Shown here piece after piece: positions 7,835 through 15,934 of a stretch of DNA of 60,138 bases; position 1 is the first letter of the stretch; every line of letters begins with the position of its first letter. The stretch lies in the NCBI GenBank assembly GCA_022709565.1, contig JAKLIO010000002.1, forward strand, positions 1 to 60,138, given 5' to 3'. The DNA comes from Patescibacteria group bacterium. GTDB taxonomy: Bacteria; Patescibacteriota; Minisyncoccia; Moranbacterales; GWC2-37-73. A model generated the notes under the pieces. That model was given only the letters and a program-made list of their open reading frames with translations, had not been told where the DNA came from and did not search any database. A program made the position numbers and the translations under genes.

Positions 7835-8974
7835 TTAATTTCCGCAATTAGCTTCTGCTGAGGCTCCAGTTGTCGTTCCTTCCCCAAATCCCGGTGCTGG
7901 GGCAGTTGTAGAAAGAGTCTGCGAGCATTCTTTGGGCTGAGTATTAAATCCGGAGCAAACCAATTTAAGCAAGCTGGCTGAATCTCTTGCCGCGCCAACT
8001 TTTGTGCCATTGATAACCAGGCTTGGTGATCCTTGCACGCCGTATTTTAATACAGCTTCTTTGTCCACATCAAATGGTGGGTATGTTCCATTGCTCCATT
8101 TGCTTTTGTCAGCCAAGTTGGCTTTAACACTAAATTGTTTATCGGTCGCGGAAACACAGATGTTTACTTGCGCAACATTAACTCCGGCGGTTTTCATGCA
8201 AGCCGACTCGGTGCCCTCGCCTTTTTTCAGGAAACATTCCAGATAAGCATTAAGCTTGGTTGGTTGAGTTTTCTGAATGCAATAATCGCGCAAATTCTCA
8301 TTCACTTCTTTTTCTCCATGCATCGCATAATCAACAAACTTCAGATTGAATTTTATTTTGTTGCCCAAAAGTTTAACTACCGGCAAAATGCCTTTTTCAA
8401 TCTGCGTTCCGTATGGGCAGTAACTCATAACAAACAAATCAACTTCGGGGATGTCCATTTTCTGTTCCGGCTCTGTTTTTTCAGTCACGGCGGGCTGTTT
8501 TGCTTCTTCTTTTTTAGCATCCAGCTCGATAACCTGTTGGGTAAGCCTTTTACCATCGCGAGTCACATAAAAAGGAACTTTCTGCGGAGAACCCGCTCCC
8601 TCTGCGCTGATTTCCAAATTCACCTTGTAGAGAACTCCTTCTTTCGTGACCTCCTTTATTTCAGCTTTCACGCCAGCTGGAGCATTTTCTTTGATAAAAT
8701 TTTGGACTTTTTCTTTAATAACGTCTTGTCCGACATCCACTTTTTCTGTCCAATACTTTTTTAGCGCTAGTCCTCCCACAATCACAACAACTAAAATTAT
8801 TGCCGCCACAATCATCTTTTTATTCTTGCTCCAAACTGCGCAGCATTTTTCACCGCACTGACAATTCTTCCCGCACATTTTTTTCAGCGCTGCAACCGGA
8901 GAAACTTTTTCTTCAGTTTGCGCTTCTTTCACTTCCTCTGCTTTTTCTTCTATTGGTTTGTTTTCATTTTCCAT
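7835..8974 (-). CDS. Membrane-anchored thioredoxin-fold (DsbA-like) protein
   Basis: 379 aa. The N-terminus has a Cys-rich segment followed by a transmembrane helix (IVAAIILVVVIVGGLAL). The C-terminal domain carries FVMSYCPYG plus further conserved Cys residues, typical of secreted thiol-oxidoreductase folds. The family assignment is tentative. Confidence 0.55.
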   Translation of the reverse strand: MENENKPIEEKAEEVKEAQTEEKVSPVAALKKMCGKNCQCGEKCCAVWSKNKKMIVAAIILVVVIVGGLALKKYWTEKVDVGQDVIKEKVQNFIKENAPAGVKAEIKEVTKEGVLYKVNLEISAEGAGSPQKVPFYVTRDGKRLTQQVIELDAKKEEAKQPAVTEKTEPEQKMDIPEVDLFVMSYCPYGTQIEKGILPVVKLLGNKIKFNLKFVDYAMHGEKEVNENLRDYCIQKTQPTKLNAYLECFLKKGEGTESACMKTAGVNVAQVNICVSATDKQFSVKANLADKSKWSNGTYPPFDVDKEAVLKYGVQGSPSLVINGTKVGAARDSASLLKLVCSGFNTQPKECSQTLSTTAPAPGFGEGTTTGASAEANCGN

Positions 8975-9172
8975 AAAATTAATTTTTCCCTTATTTTCTT
9001 CTCCTGACCAAGGAGAAGGTGGTCTGTAATCAGACCGGATGAGGTTAATAAAAAATTACAAATTAAAAAGCTTTTTCAGCCTTTGTCTATTATATTATAT
9101 ACTCCAAAAACACGCAAGGAAGCTTGTACTTTTGCTTTTTCAGTAAAATTAATTTCCACTTTCTTCTTCTGC

Positions 9173-9278
9173 AAAATTCAAAATTATGTTTTGAGGTGGC
9201 TAGCGAGTGCGACGGCACGAGCTCGGAGCATTTTTTCAGTAGAAAAAATGCGTGCACCGAAAAACATAATTTTGAATT
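9173..9278. repeat. 106-nt compound palindrome: an 18-bp outer stem enclosing two GC hairpins
   Basis: aattcaaaattatgtttt (9175-9192) pairs perfectly with aaaacataattttgaatt (9261-9278). The inner hairpins are GTGC-gacg-GCAC and GCATTTTTT-cagtag-AAAAAATGC. Confidence 0.6.
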
Positions 9279-9348
9279 ATTTTTTAAAAAAAGAAAAACA
9301 CAAAATTTATAGTGTGCCGGAGAATGCAAAATACTAGATACTAAAATA

Positions 9349-11547
9349 CTACTTTATCTGCAATTTCCTAAGCTGCGAAATTTCATCGCGAATAATTGCG
9401 GCGCGTTCAAATTGAAGCGCGCGCGAAGCGTCTTTCATCTCCCTTTCCTTTTGTTTGATGTATCCGGCAATATCCTCTAGCGACTCCAATCTAGTGAAGT
9501 CCGGTGCCGGCATCGGATTAATTTCATGATCCACAATGGATTTAATATTTTTCTTGATGGTTGTCGGTGTTATGCGATGTTTTTGATTATACTGCGCCTG
9601 TATTTTCCGCCTCCTGTTTGTTTCATCGATTGCGCGCCGCATCGAACCGGTTATGCTGTCGGCATACAAAATCACGCGCCCGCTTACATTTCTGGCCGCC
9701 CGTCCGATTGTTTGAATAAGTGAAGTTTCGCTGCGGAGAAATCCTTCTTTGTCTGCGTCCAAAACAGCCACCAAGGAAACTTCCGGCAGGTCCAAACCTT
9801 CGCGCAAAAGATTGACGCCCACCAAAACATCGAACTGCCCGCGCCGAAGTCCTTCCAAAATGCGGATGCGATCCAAAGTTTCCACGTCCGAATGCACATA
9901 TTCGCATTTTATTTTGTGCTCTTTCAAAAAATCCGACAGGTCTTCCGCCATTTTTTTTGTCAGTGTCGTGATCAAAACCCTCCCGCCTGCAACGCTATGC
10001 TGCATTTCATTAGTACTTTCTTTTGTTTGTTTCTTAGAGCCAACAACTTCATTATTTTTATTCAGAAGCGTAGCATTGCGGGCAGGTTCCTTTCTTTCAA
10101 TAACTTTTTCTATTTCACTTAAAACATCTTTTACTTGCCCCTTGGCTGACTTAACAACCAGCTCCGGATCCAGCAATCCCGTTGGACGAATGATTTGCTC
10201 CACGATATTGTATTTCGTATCTCGTATTTTGTATTTCGTATTTTTTGGTTTATTTATAATTTGCGATTTATAATTTGTTTGTTGTTTGTTGTTTGTATCT
10301 TGTGATTTGTCGTATTCATACGGTCCTGGCGTCGCCGAAGTAAAAATCAGCTGCTGAATGTGCTTTTCAAATTCCGCAAATTTGAGCGGGCGATTGTCAA
10401 ACGCGCTCGGCAATCTGAATCCATTCTCTACCAATGATTCTTTACGCGCTCGGTCACCATTGTACATCGCATTTAATTGCGGCACAGTCACGTGAGACTC
10501 ATCAATCACCAACAAAAAATCTCTTCCCCCGCTTCGCGTCGAGGAGCGGTCGTTTCCGCGAGTCGAGGCGAGAAAATAATCCATGAGAGTATAGGGCATT
10601 TCGCCGCTTTTCCGTTCGGTCAAATAGCGGGAATAGTTTTCAATCCCGTTGCAATAGCCGATTTCGCGCATCATTTCCAGATCCTGCTTCGTCCGACGCC
10701 CTAACCTTTCCGCTTCCAGCAATTTATTTTTCTTTTTTAACTCGGCGACCCTTTCTCGCAGCTCTTTCTCTATCTTATCCAACGCTTCTTGCATGACCGG
10801 CTCCGGCACCACGAAATGCTTGGCCGGATAGATCAAAGTTTTTTCGAGATTGCCCAGATTTTCACCTGTCAAAAAATCATATTCCTGAATGCGATCTACC
10901 TTTCCATTTTTCATTTCGATGCGCGTCACCACTTCCCGCCCGGTCGGCATTATTTCAAAAGTGTCACCAGTCACCCGGAATTTCCCCCGACTCAACAGAT
11001 CGCTTCTTTGAAATTGCAATTCAAGAAGTTCTTTCATTTTTTCTTCTCGTTTGAATTCATCGCCCAATGCAATTTCAAAACTGATATCGCGGTAATATTC
11101 CGGCGAACCCAAACCGTAGATACAGGAAACTGACGCTACAATAATAACATCGCTGCGCGAAAGCAAGGCTGAAGTGGCCGCATGGCGTAGCCGATCAATT
11201 TCATCATTAATTTGTGCTTCCTTCTCTATATATGTATCCGATGCGGCCAAGTAGGCTTCCGGCTGATAGTAATCGTAATAGGAAACAAAATATTCCACGG
11301 CATTCTTGGGAAAAAAGGTTCTCAGTTCCTGAACCAATTGCGCTGCTAAAGTTTTGTTGGGTGCGATAACGAGCGTGGGTTTTTGCACTTTTTGAATTAC
11401 GTTGGCAATCGTGAATGTTTTGCCGGATCCGGTCACACCCAAAAGCGTCTGAAATTTTTGCCCCCTTTTTATGCCTTCAACCAACTTCTCAATCGCCTGT
11501 GGTTGATCCCCTGCCGGTTTGAATTTACTGCTTAATTTAAATTTCAT
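9349..11547 (-). CDS. uvrB: Excinuclease ABC subunit B (732 aa), carrying three in-frame insertions
   Basis: Helicase motif I (GVTGSGKTF), DESH box ([11 protein letters not shown]), motifs V and VI ([27 protein letters not shown]...QTIGRAARN) and a C-terminal UVR motif ([16 protein letters not shown]). Confidence 0.95.
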   Translation of the reverse strand: MKFKLSSKFKPAGDQPQAIEKLVEGIKRGQKFQTLLGVTGSGKTFTIANVIQKVQKPTLVIAPNKTLAAQLVQELRTFFPKNAVEYFVSYYDYYQPEAYLAASDTYIEKEAQINDEIDRLRHAATSALLSRSDVIIVASVSCIYGLGSPEYYRDISFEIALGDEFKREEKMKELLELQFQRSDLLSRGKFRVTGDTFEIMPTGREVVTRIEMKNGKVDRIQEYDFLTGENLGNLEKTLIYPAKHFVVPEPVMQEALDKIEKELRERVAELKKKNKLLEAERLGRRTKQDLEMMREIGYCNGIENYSRYLTERKSGEMPYTLMDYFLASTRGNDRSSTRSGGRDFLLVIDESHVTVPQLNAMYNGDRARKESLVENGFRLPSAFDNRPLKFAEFEKHIQQLIFTSATPGPYEYDKSQDTNNKQQTNYKSQIINKPKNTKYKIRDTKYNIVEQIIRPTGLLDPELVVKSAKGQVKDVLSEIEKVIERKEPARNATLLNKNNEVVGSKKQTKESTNEMQHSVAGGRVLITTLTKKMAEDLSDFLKEHKIKCEYVHSDVETLDRIRILEGLRRGQFDVLVGVNLLREGLDLPEVSLVAVLDADKEGFLRSETSLIQTIGRAARNVSGRVILYADSITGSMRRAIDETNRRRKIQAQYNQKHRITPTTIKKNIKSIVDHEINPMPAPDFTRLESLEDIAGYIKQKEREMKDASRALQFERAAIIRDEISQLRKLQIK
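9982..10086. repeat. 105-nt insertion with imperfect terminal inverted repeats, inside uvrB
   Basis: The arms CCCGCCTGCAACGCTATGC (9982-10000) and GCGTAGCATTGCGGGCAGG (10068-10086) are complementary at 15 of 19 positions. They encode an extra segment just before the conserved [13 protein letters not shown]. Confidence 0.5.
10207..10315. repeat. ATAC-periodic, low-complexity AT-rich repeat in frame inside uvrB (peptide [12 protein letters not shown] plus a Q/N/K-rich tract)
   Basis: attgtatttcgtatctcgtattttgtatttcgta followed by ttgtttgttgtttgttgtttg. Same word family as 2797-2835 and 53613-53650. Confidence 0.65.
10528..10572. mobile_element. 45-nt GC-rich palindromic element, copy inside uvrB (peptide [15 protein letters not shown])
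   Basis: cccgcttcgcgtcgaggagcggtcgtttccgcgagtcgaggcgag has 3 mismatches to the copy at 51864-51908. Same orientation and frame as the uvrA copy. Confidence 0.9.
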
Positions 11548-11572
11548 TGCTATACTTTATAGAATTAGGTTG

Positions 11573-11610
11573 GCTTGCCCCGCACCGAGCTTAGCTCTGG
11601 TGCTGGGGTC
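11573..11610. repeat. Hairpin of the GCTTGCCCCGCACC family, immediately upstream of the uvrB start
   Basis: CCCCGCACC (11578-11586) pairs with GGTGCTGGGG (11599-11608). The motif gcttgccccg also occurs at 7606 (upstream of uvrA) and at 12036. Confidence 0.55.
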
Positions 11611-11650
11611 GCCACTTGGCTTAAATTTTGAGTTTAGTTCAAATTTCATA

Positions 11651-11700
11651 ATTCGTATTTTGTATTTAGTATTCATACGAGATACCAAAGACTAGATACT
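11651..11700. repeat. Intergenic copy of the ATAC-periodic repeat family
   Basis: attcgtattttgtatttagtattcatacgagataccaaagactagatact uses the same words that are found in frame in uvrB, uvrC and tsaD. Confidence 0.6.
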
Positions 11701-11757
11701 ATATGTTACAATTCTATCTTAAATTTGTCCATTAATACAACTAAAAACTAATACCTA

Positions 11758-11786
11758 TTGACATAATTTATAAAGTTTTATATACT
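11758..11786 (+). promoter_or_regulatory. Sigma-70-like promoter with no downstream ORF; drives the candidate ncRNA
   Basis: TTGACA (11758-11763), a 17-nt spacer, then TATACT (11781-11786). Confidence 0.55.
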
Positions 11787-11792
11787 GCTCTC

Positions 11793-12030
11793 AACGCTTA
11801 GCCTCTAATGAGGCACAAAAATGTGGGCACCACAATGCTCACGGCTGGCGGCAGTCATCAGATTTTGAGGCTATAGAAAAGAGTAGCGGACAATAATCCA
11901 ATACTATTTTTCCAAACATGAGCTCAAAGAGAAGGACGGCCACGACAACCCTTGGTATGGCAGTGACAATGTTTAGGCATTGTTCACTGCCATAACCTCT
12001 CCTCTTGCAACGCTCAAGAGGTTTTTTATT
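11793..12030 (+). ncRNA. Candidate structured non-coding RNA of about 240 nt, family unknown
   Basis: Bounded by the promoter at 11758-11786 and the terminator CCTCTTG-caacgct-CAAGAGG plus a T run (12001-12027). Internal hairpins are GCCTC-taat-GAGGC and GGCAGTGACAATG...CATTGTTCACTGCC. The longest sense ORF is about 20 aa. Confidence 0.35.
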
Positions 12031-12035
12031 TTTAA

Positions 12036-12171
12036 GCTTGCCCCGCACCAATTTGGCACTTTTTATTATTTTCAGCCAATTTAATAAATTTATTTTATGT
12101 TTAAAATAATTTGATATAAAAATTCAATATTTCTTTTTGCGCCTATGGCGTAGTGTCAATTTGGTGCGGGG
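12036..12171. repeat. Long-range inverted repeat of the CCCCGCAC family, ending at the rpsF promoter
   Basis: ccccgcaccaatttg (12041-12055) and caatttggtgcgggg (12157-12171) are complementary at 14 of 15 positions. Confidence 0.55.
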
Positions 12172-12200
12172 TTGCCAAATTCCAAATTGCCTGCTATACT
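12172..12200 (+). promoter_or_regulatory. Promoter of the rpsF-ssb-rpsR operon
   Basis: GGTGCGGGG precedes TTGCCA (12172-12177), a 17-nt spacer and TATACT (12195-12200). Confidence 0.5.
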
Positions 12201-12271
12201 CTTTATACAACTTAGAAAGTCCTACTCCAACTCGCCTTTTTAGCTTAATAAAGGGATAAGTTGGTAAGCTT

Positions 12272-12314
12272 CCACTAGAAGAAGGGATTTTCTTGATTAG
12301 TGGAATTTTTTATT
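12272..12314 (+). promoter_or_regulatory. Terminator-like hairpin within the rpsF leader; possible attenuator
   Basis: CCACTAGAAGAA...TTCTTGATTAGTGG followed by AATTTTTTATT, about 80 nt upstream of the rpsF ATG. Confidence 0.35.
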
Positions 12315-12395
12315 GTTCAACTAATGAGTTCACGAGTTCACGAGTTTGAAAAAACGCGTTAGCCCGTTAACCCATTAATAAATAATAATACGTAT

Positions 12396-12917
12396 ATGCA
12401 ATACGAACTGTTCTATCTCGTAGGTGAACGCCAGGAAGCCAATCTGGAAGCGATCAAGGAAAATGTGAAATCTATTCTGGTTTCGCACCAGGCCAAATTG
12501 CTTGAACCGGAACTTTCTGAAAAAAGAAAGCTTTCCTATGAAATCAAGCACCAGAAAAAAGGAGTCTATGTGACTCGCCGTTTTGAATTGCCGGAAGTCG
12601 ATGAAGTTGCCGACAAAAAAGAATCCTTTTTTGAGGAAATGACCAAAAAATTAAACTTAACCAATGAAGTTCTCCGATTTATGATTGTTAAGACTGATGA
12701 TTTGCCCGAATTGGATTCGAAGGAAAAAAGAAAAGCGCGTGAAATGGCAGCTCAAAACCAATCTTCGCAAAGAACACAGCGCTCAGCTGAAAAACAACCA
12801 GCCTATCGCCAGCCAAAAAGACAGGAACCGCCAAAACAAAAACAAGATAACCAGCCGATAACAAAAGAGGAAACAAAAGATATCGATAAGCAACTTGATA
12901 AATTGTTAGATATATAA
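12396..12917 (+). CDS. rpsF: 30S ribosomal protein S6 with a long basic/acidic C-terminal extension
   Basis: The N-terminus MQYELFYLV...KLSYEIKHQKKGVYV matches the S6 pattern. The rpsF-ssb-rpsR order is conserved. Confidence 0.85.
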   Translation: MQYELFYLVGERQEANLEAIKENVKSILVSHQAKLLEPELSEKRKLSYEIKHQKKGVYVTRRFELPEVDEVADKKESFFEEMTKKLNLTNEVLRFMIVKTDDLPELDSKEKRKAREMAAQNQSSQRTQRSAEKQPAYRQPKRQEPPKQKQDNQPITKEETKDIDKQLDKLLDI

Positions 12918-12990
12918 ACTTGCAAATATTCGCGAATAAGACATTCGAATTAATTCGTTTGCATATTCGCAACTATTCGCACAAAATCTT

Positions 12991-13485
12991 ATGAATCTAA
13001 ACAAAGTTCAACTCATTGGCCGCTTGACCCGCGACCCCGAAGTCAGAACAACTCCTTCCGGCCAGACTGTGGCTACTGTCAGCTTGGCCACCAACCGAAC
13101 TTGGAATGACAAAAGCGGTCAAAAGCAGGAAAAATCTGAATTCCACAACATCGTTGCCTGGGGACGCCTGGCTGAAATCATCGGACAGTATATGTCCAAA
13201 GGACAAGAAGCTTATTTCGAAGGCCGAATGGAAACGCGTTCATATACCGGCAAGGATGGCATTGAAAGAAGAACAACGGAAGTGGTCGCTGAAAATATGC
13301 AGATGGGTTCCCGTCCGCAAGGATCCGGAAATTACAATCGCCCTGCCGCATCCGCCGCCACCGGAGCTGTAGCCGGCGGAGCAGCCGTAACCGCCAATCA
13401 AAATGCTCCAATTGCCGAAGAAATTCCAACCATCAATCTTGATGATGAAAAAGAGGAAGTAAAAATTGAGGATGTGCCGTTTTAA
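12991..13485 (+). CDS. ssb: Single-stranded DNA-binding protein
   Basis: OB-fold N-terminus (MNLNKVQLIGRLTRDPEVRTTPSGQTVATVSLATNR...FHNIVAWGRLAE), a Gly/Ala-rich linker and an acidic tail ending in DVPF. Confidence 0.92.
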   Translation: MNLNKVQLIGRLTRDPEVRTTPSGQTVATVSLATNRTWNDKSGQKQEKSEFHNIVAWGRLAEIIGQYMSKGQEAYFEGRMETRSYTGKDGIERRTTEVVAENMQMGSRPQGSGNYNRPAASAATGAVAGGAAVTANQNAPIAEEIPTINLDDEKEEVKIEDVPF

Positions 13486-13607
13486 AAATTATTTAAAATA
13501 ATTTTTAAAACAAGTTCATAAAGTAAAAAGTGGAAAGTTCATAAAAAGAATGCCACTCCGAACTTTATAAACTTTATAACTTTATAAACTTTATAACTAA
13601 TATAACT

Positions 13608-13814
13608 ATGGAAAGAAAGCAATGTTATTTTTGTGAACAGAAAATGGATAAAATAGACTATAAAGATGCCTATCTTATTCGCCGTTTCATGAACTCGCAA
13701 GGAAAAATCTATCCGCCAAAACGCCATGGCATCTGCACCAAACACCAGCGGACTCTGGCTCAGGCAATCAAACGCGCTCGCGTGATGGCACTTGCACCGT
13801 TTGTAGTTAAATAA
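13608..13814 (+). CDS. rpsR: 30S ribosomal protein S18
   Basis: CYFCEQKMDKIDYKDAYLIRRFMNSQGKIYPPKRHGICTKHQRTLAQAIKRAR is the classic S18 pattern. Confidence 0.92.
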   Translation: MERKQCYFCEQKMDKIDYKDAYLIRRFMNSQGKIYPPKRHGICTKHQRTLAQAIKRARVMALAPFVVK

Positions 13815-13905
13815 TAAGCGCGATACGAACTATACAAATTACATGCGAATAATACGAATTTCGTAGCATTCGTATAAATTCGTAGATTAGTATCGATTTT
13901 AAATC

Positions 13906-14463
13906 ATGTTAGGAATAACAGAAATTAAATGTGGAAAAAATATTCTTTGGGAAAATGCTCCCTATGTCGTTTTAAATGCGGAACATTCCAAAACCGGCCG
14001 TGCTGGAGCAGTGCTCAGAACCAAACTTAAAAATCTTCTAACCGGAAATGTTTTGGAAAAAACATTCAACGGATCAGACAAGGTTGATGAAGCTGACATG
14101 TCGAAAACCAAAGCGCAGTATCTCTATCCCGAACATGACGGTTTCGTTTTTATGGACACGAATTCTTATGACCAGTTTTCCCTGTCAAAAGATGTCATTG
14201 GAGAAGCCAACCTTTTCTTGCTGGAAGGCACCGAAGTCACTGTTTTGAACTTCAACGACACGCCTGTCAACATTGAACTGCCGATCAAAGTTACTTTGAC
14301 TGTAGTGGAAGCTCCGCCAGGAATTAAAGGCGACACGGCCGGCACAGGCGGCAAGGTTGTGATTATGGAAACCGGTCTTAAAGTCTCTGCTCCTCTCTTC
14401 ATCAATGAGGGAGACAAACTTATCATCAATACCGAAAAAGGAGAATACGTATCCCGCGCCTAA
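13906..14463 (+). CDS. efp: Elongation factor P
   Basis: 185 aa with the EF-P pattern (VVLNAEHSKTGRAGAVLRTKLKNLLTGNVLEKTF...VEAPPGIKGDTA). Confidence 0.9.
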   Translation: MLGITEIKCGKNILWENAPYVVLNAEHSKTGRAGAVLRTKLKNLLTGNVLEKTFNGSDKVDEADMSKTKAQYLYPEHDGFVFMDTNSYDQFSLSKDVIGEANLFLLEGTEVTVLNFNDTPVNIELPIKVTLTVVEAPPGIKGDTAGTGGKVVIMETGLKVSAPLFINEGDKLIINTEKGEYVSRA

Positions 14464-14491
14464 GCTAGCTTTTAGTTAATGATAATTTTTA

Positions 14492-14514
14492 AAACCGCCA
14501 AAAGGCGGTTTTAA
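14492..14514 (+). terminator. efp terminator
   Basis: ACCGCC-aaaa-GGCGGT followed by TTTT. Confidence 0.65.
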
Positions 14515-14573
14515 AAATATAAAAAAGTTTTTTATACTAACAGCTATCAGCTAAAAGCTACTAGTAAAACTAT

Positions 14574-14717
14574 TTAGAATAGTCCCAGTTGCCCGAAAAA
14601 TGTGAAGACCATTAAGGGAACCAGCGCCAATAGTATGGCAAGATTAAATTCCTCAACTTTCTCATCTTCCTGCGCTCTTTTGGCGCAATGGGCACATTTT
14701 TTTTGTTTTGTTTCCAT
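14574..14717 (-). CDS. Possible small membrane protein (47 aa), below the ORF-track size cutoff
   Basis: My translation METKQKKCAHCAKRAQEDEKVEEFNLAILLALVPLMVFTFFGQLGLF has one hydrophobic helix. There is no SD, as for most native genes in this window. Confidence 0.3.
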   Translation of the reverse strand: METKQKKCAHCAKRAQEDEKVEEFNLAILLALVPLMVFTFFGQLGLF

Positions 14718-14752
14718 GGTTTTTTATTTAATAAATTTATTAATAAAATAAA

Positions 14753-14785
14753 TAAAAACGGGGCTTTCGACACCCGTTTTTACCT
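14753..14785. terminator. Bidirectional hairpin; recA terminator
   Basis: ACGGGG-ctttcgaca-CCCGT flanked by an A run and a T run. Confidence 0.6.
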
Positions 14786-14837
14786 TATAGATTCATTATA
14801 CACCATTCGAAGGCAAAAGTCAAATGCCGGGATATTA

Positions 14838-15878
14838 TTAGACTGTTTGAATTTTAGCTTTCGCTGAAATTTCCTTGAAAATTTTATCCGCCACTTTCGG
14901 ATTTTCCTTGAGAAAAGCTTTGGCGGCTTCTCTGCCGGCTCCCAACTTCTCTTCTCCAAATGAAAGTGCATTACCTGATTTTTTGACAACTTCATATTTA
15001 ACACCCGTATCCAGAAGATCGCCAGGAAGAGAAATGCCTTCATTATACATAATATCAAATTCGGCTGTTTTGAACGGAGCCGCTACTTTGTTTTTAACAA
15101 TTTTTACTTTTGTCCTGTTGCCCACTATTTCTTCGCCCTTTTTAATCTGCGCGCTTCTTCTGACTTCTATGCGCACTGAGGAATAAAATTTCAAAGCCTG
15201 CCCTCCGGTTGTCGTTTCCGGATTGCCGAACATCACCCCGATTTTCATGCGGATCTGATTAATGAAAATGACAGTCGCATTAGACCGCGCAATGATAGCC
15301 GTTAGTTTCCGAAGAGCCTGCGACATGAGCCGAGCTTGACGGCCCACATGCTGATCGCCCATCTCGCCTTCTATTTCCGCTCTAGGCACCAAAGCAGCCA
15401 CTGAATCCACGACAATCATATCCACTACTCCGCTACGCACCAGCGTTTCCACAATATCCAAAGCCTGCTCGCCGGTATCCGGTTGCGACACTAAAAGATC
15501 TTTAATATTCACGCCGATCTTTTTGGCATATTCCGGATCAAGCGCATGCTCCGCATCCACAAAAGCCGCAGTGCCGCCCAATTTTTGCGAATTAGCAATG
15601 ATATGCAAAGTCAGGGTTGTCTTGCCTGAAGATTCCGGTCCATAAACCTCAATAATTCTGCCTCTTGGCACGCCGCCATTGCCAATGGCAATGTCCAGAG
15701 AAATAGAACCGGTCGGAATTGATTCTACATCCACGTGCCGCACGTCGCCCAGCTTCATTATCATGCCCTCGCCAAATTTTTCCTGAATATCTTCAACCAG
15801 CTTGTCGACTTCTTTTTTTTCTGCGTTCCTTACTTTTTCAACCAGCTCCTTGGGAGCTTTCTTAGTCTTATTAATCAT
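14838..15878 (-). CDS. recA: Recombinase RecA
   Basis: Walker A ([10 protein letters not shown]), Walker B (IVVDSVAAL) and full-length RecA similarity. Confidence 0.97.
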   Translation of the reverse strand: MINKTKKAPKELVEKVRNAEKKEVDKLVEDIQEKFGEGMIMKLGDVRHVDVESIPTGSISLDIAIGNGGVPRGRIIEVYGPESSGKTTLTLHIIANSQKLGGTAAFVDAEHALDPEYAKKIGVNIKDLLVSQPDTGEQALDIVETLVRSGVVDMIVVDSVAALVPRAEIEGEMGDQHVGRQARLMSQALRKLTAIIARSNATVIFINQIRMKIGVMFGNPETTTGGQALKFYSSVRIEVRRSAQIKKGEEIVGNRTKVKIVKNKVAAPFKTAEFDIMYNEGISLPGDLLDTGVKYEVVKKSGNALSFGEEKLGAGREAAKAFLKENPKVADKIFKEISAKAKIQTV

Positions 15879-15934
15879 ATTTTTTTATTTACTTTTTTTA
15901 TTTTTTATATTAATTACTCTTTGCTAGTTACTAG

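Noticed and set aside
9083-9337. Three mutually overlapping ORFs on both strands (84, 79 and 62 aa).
   Set aside because: They span the 106-nt compound palindrome. Open frames on both strands are expected from palindromic AT-rich sequence, and there are no coding signals.
11839-12051. Minus-strand 70-aa ORF in the uvrB-rpsF intergenic region.
   Set aside because: It has no SD or promoter. It runs antisense through a unit that has a good plus-strand promoter and terminator. Its translation is featureless. A plus-strand ncRNA candidate is the preferred interpretation.
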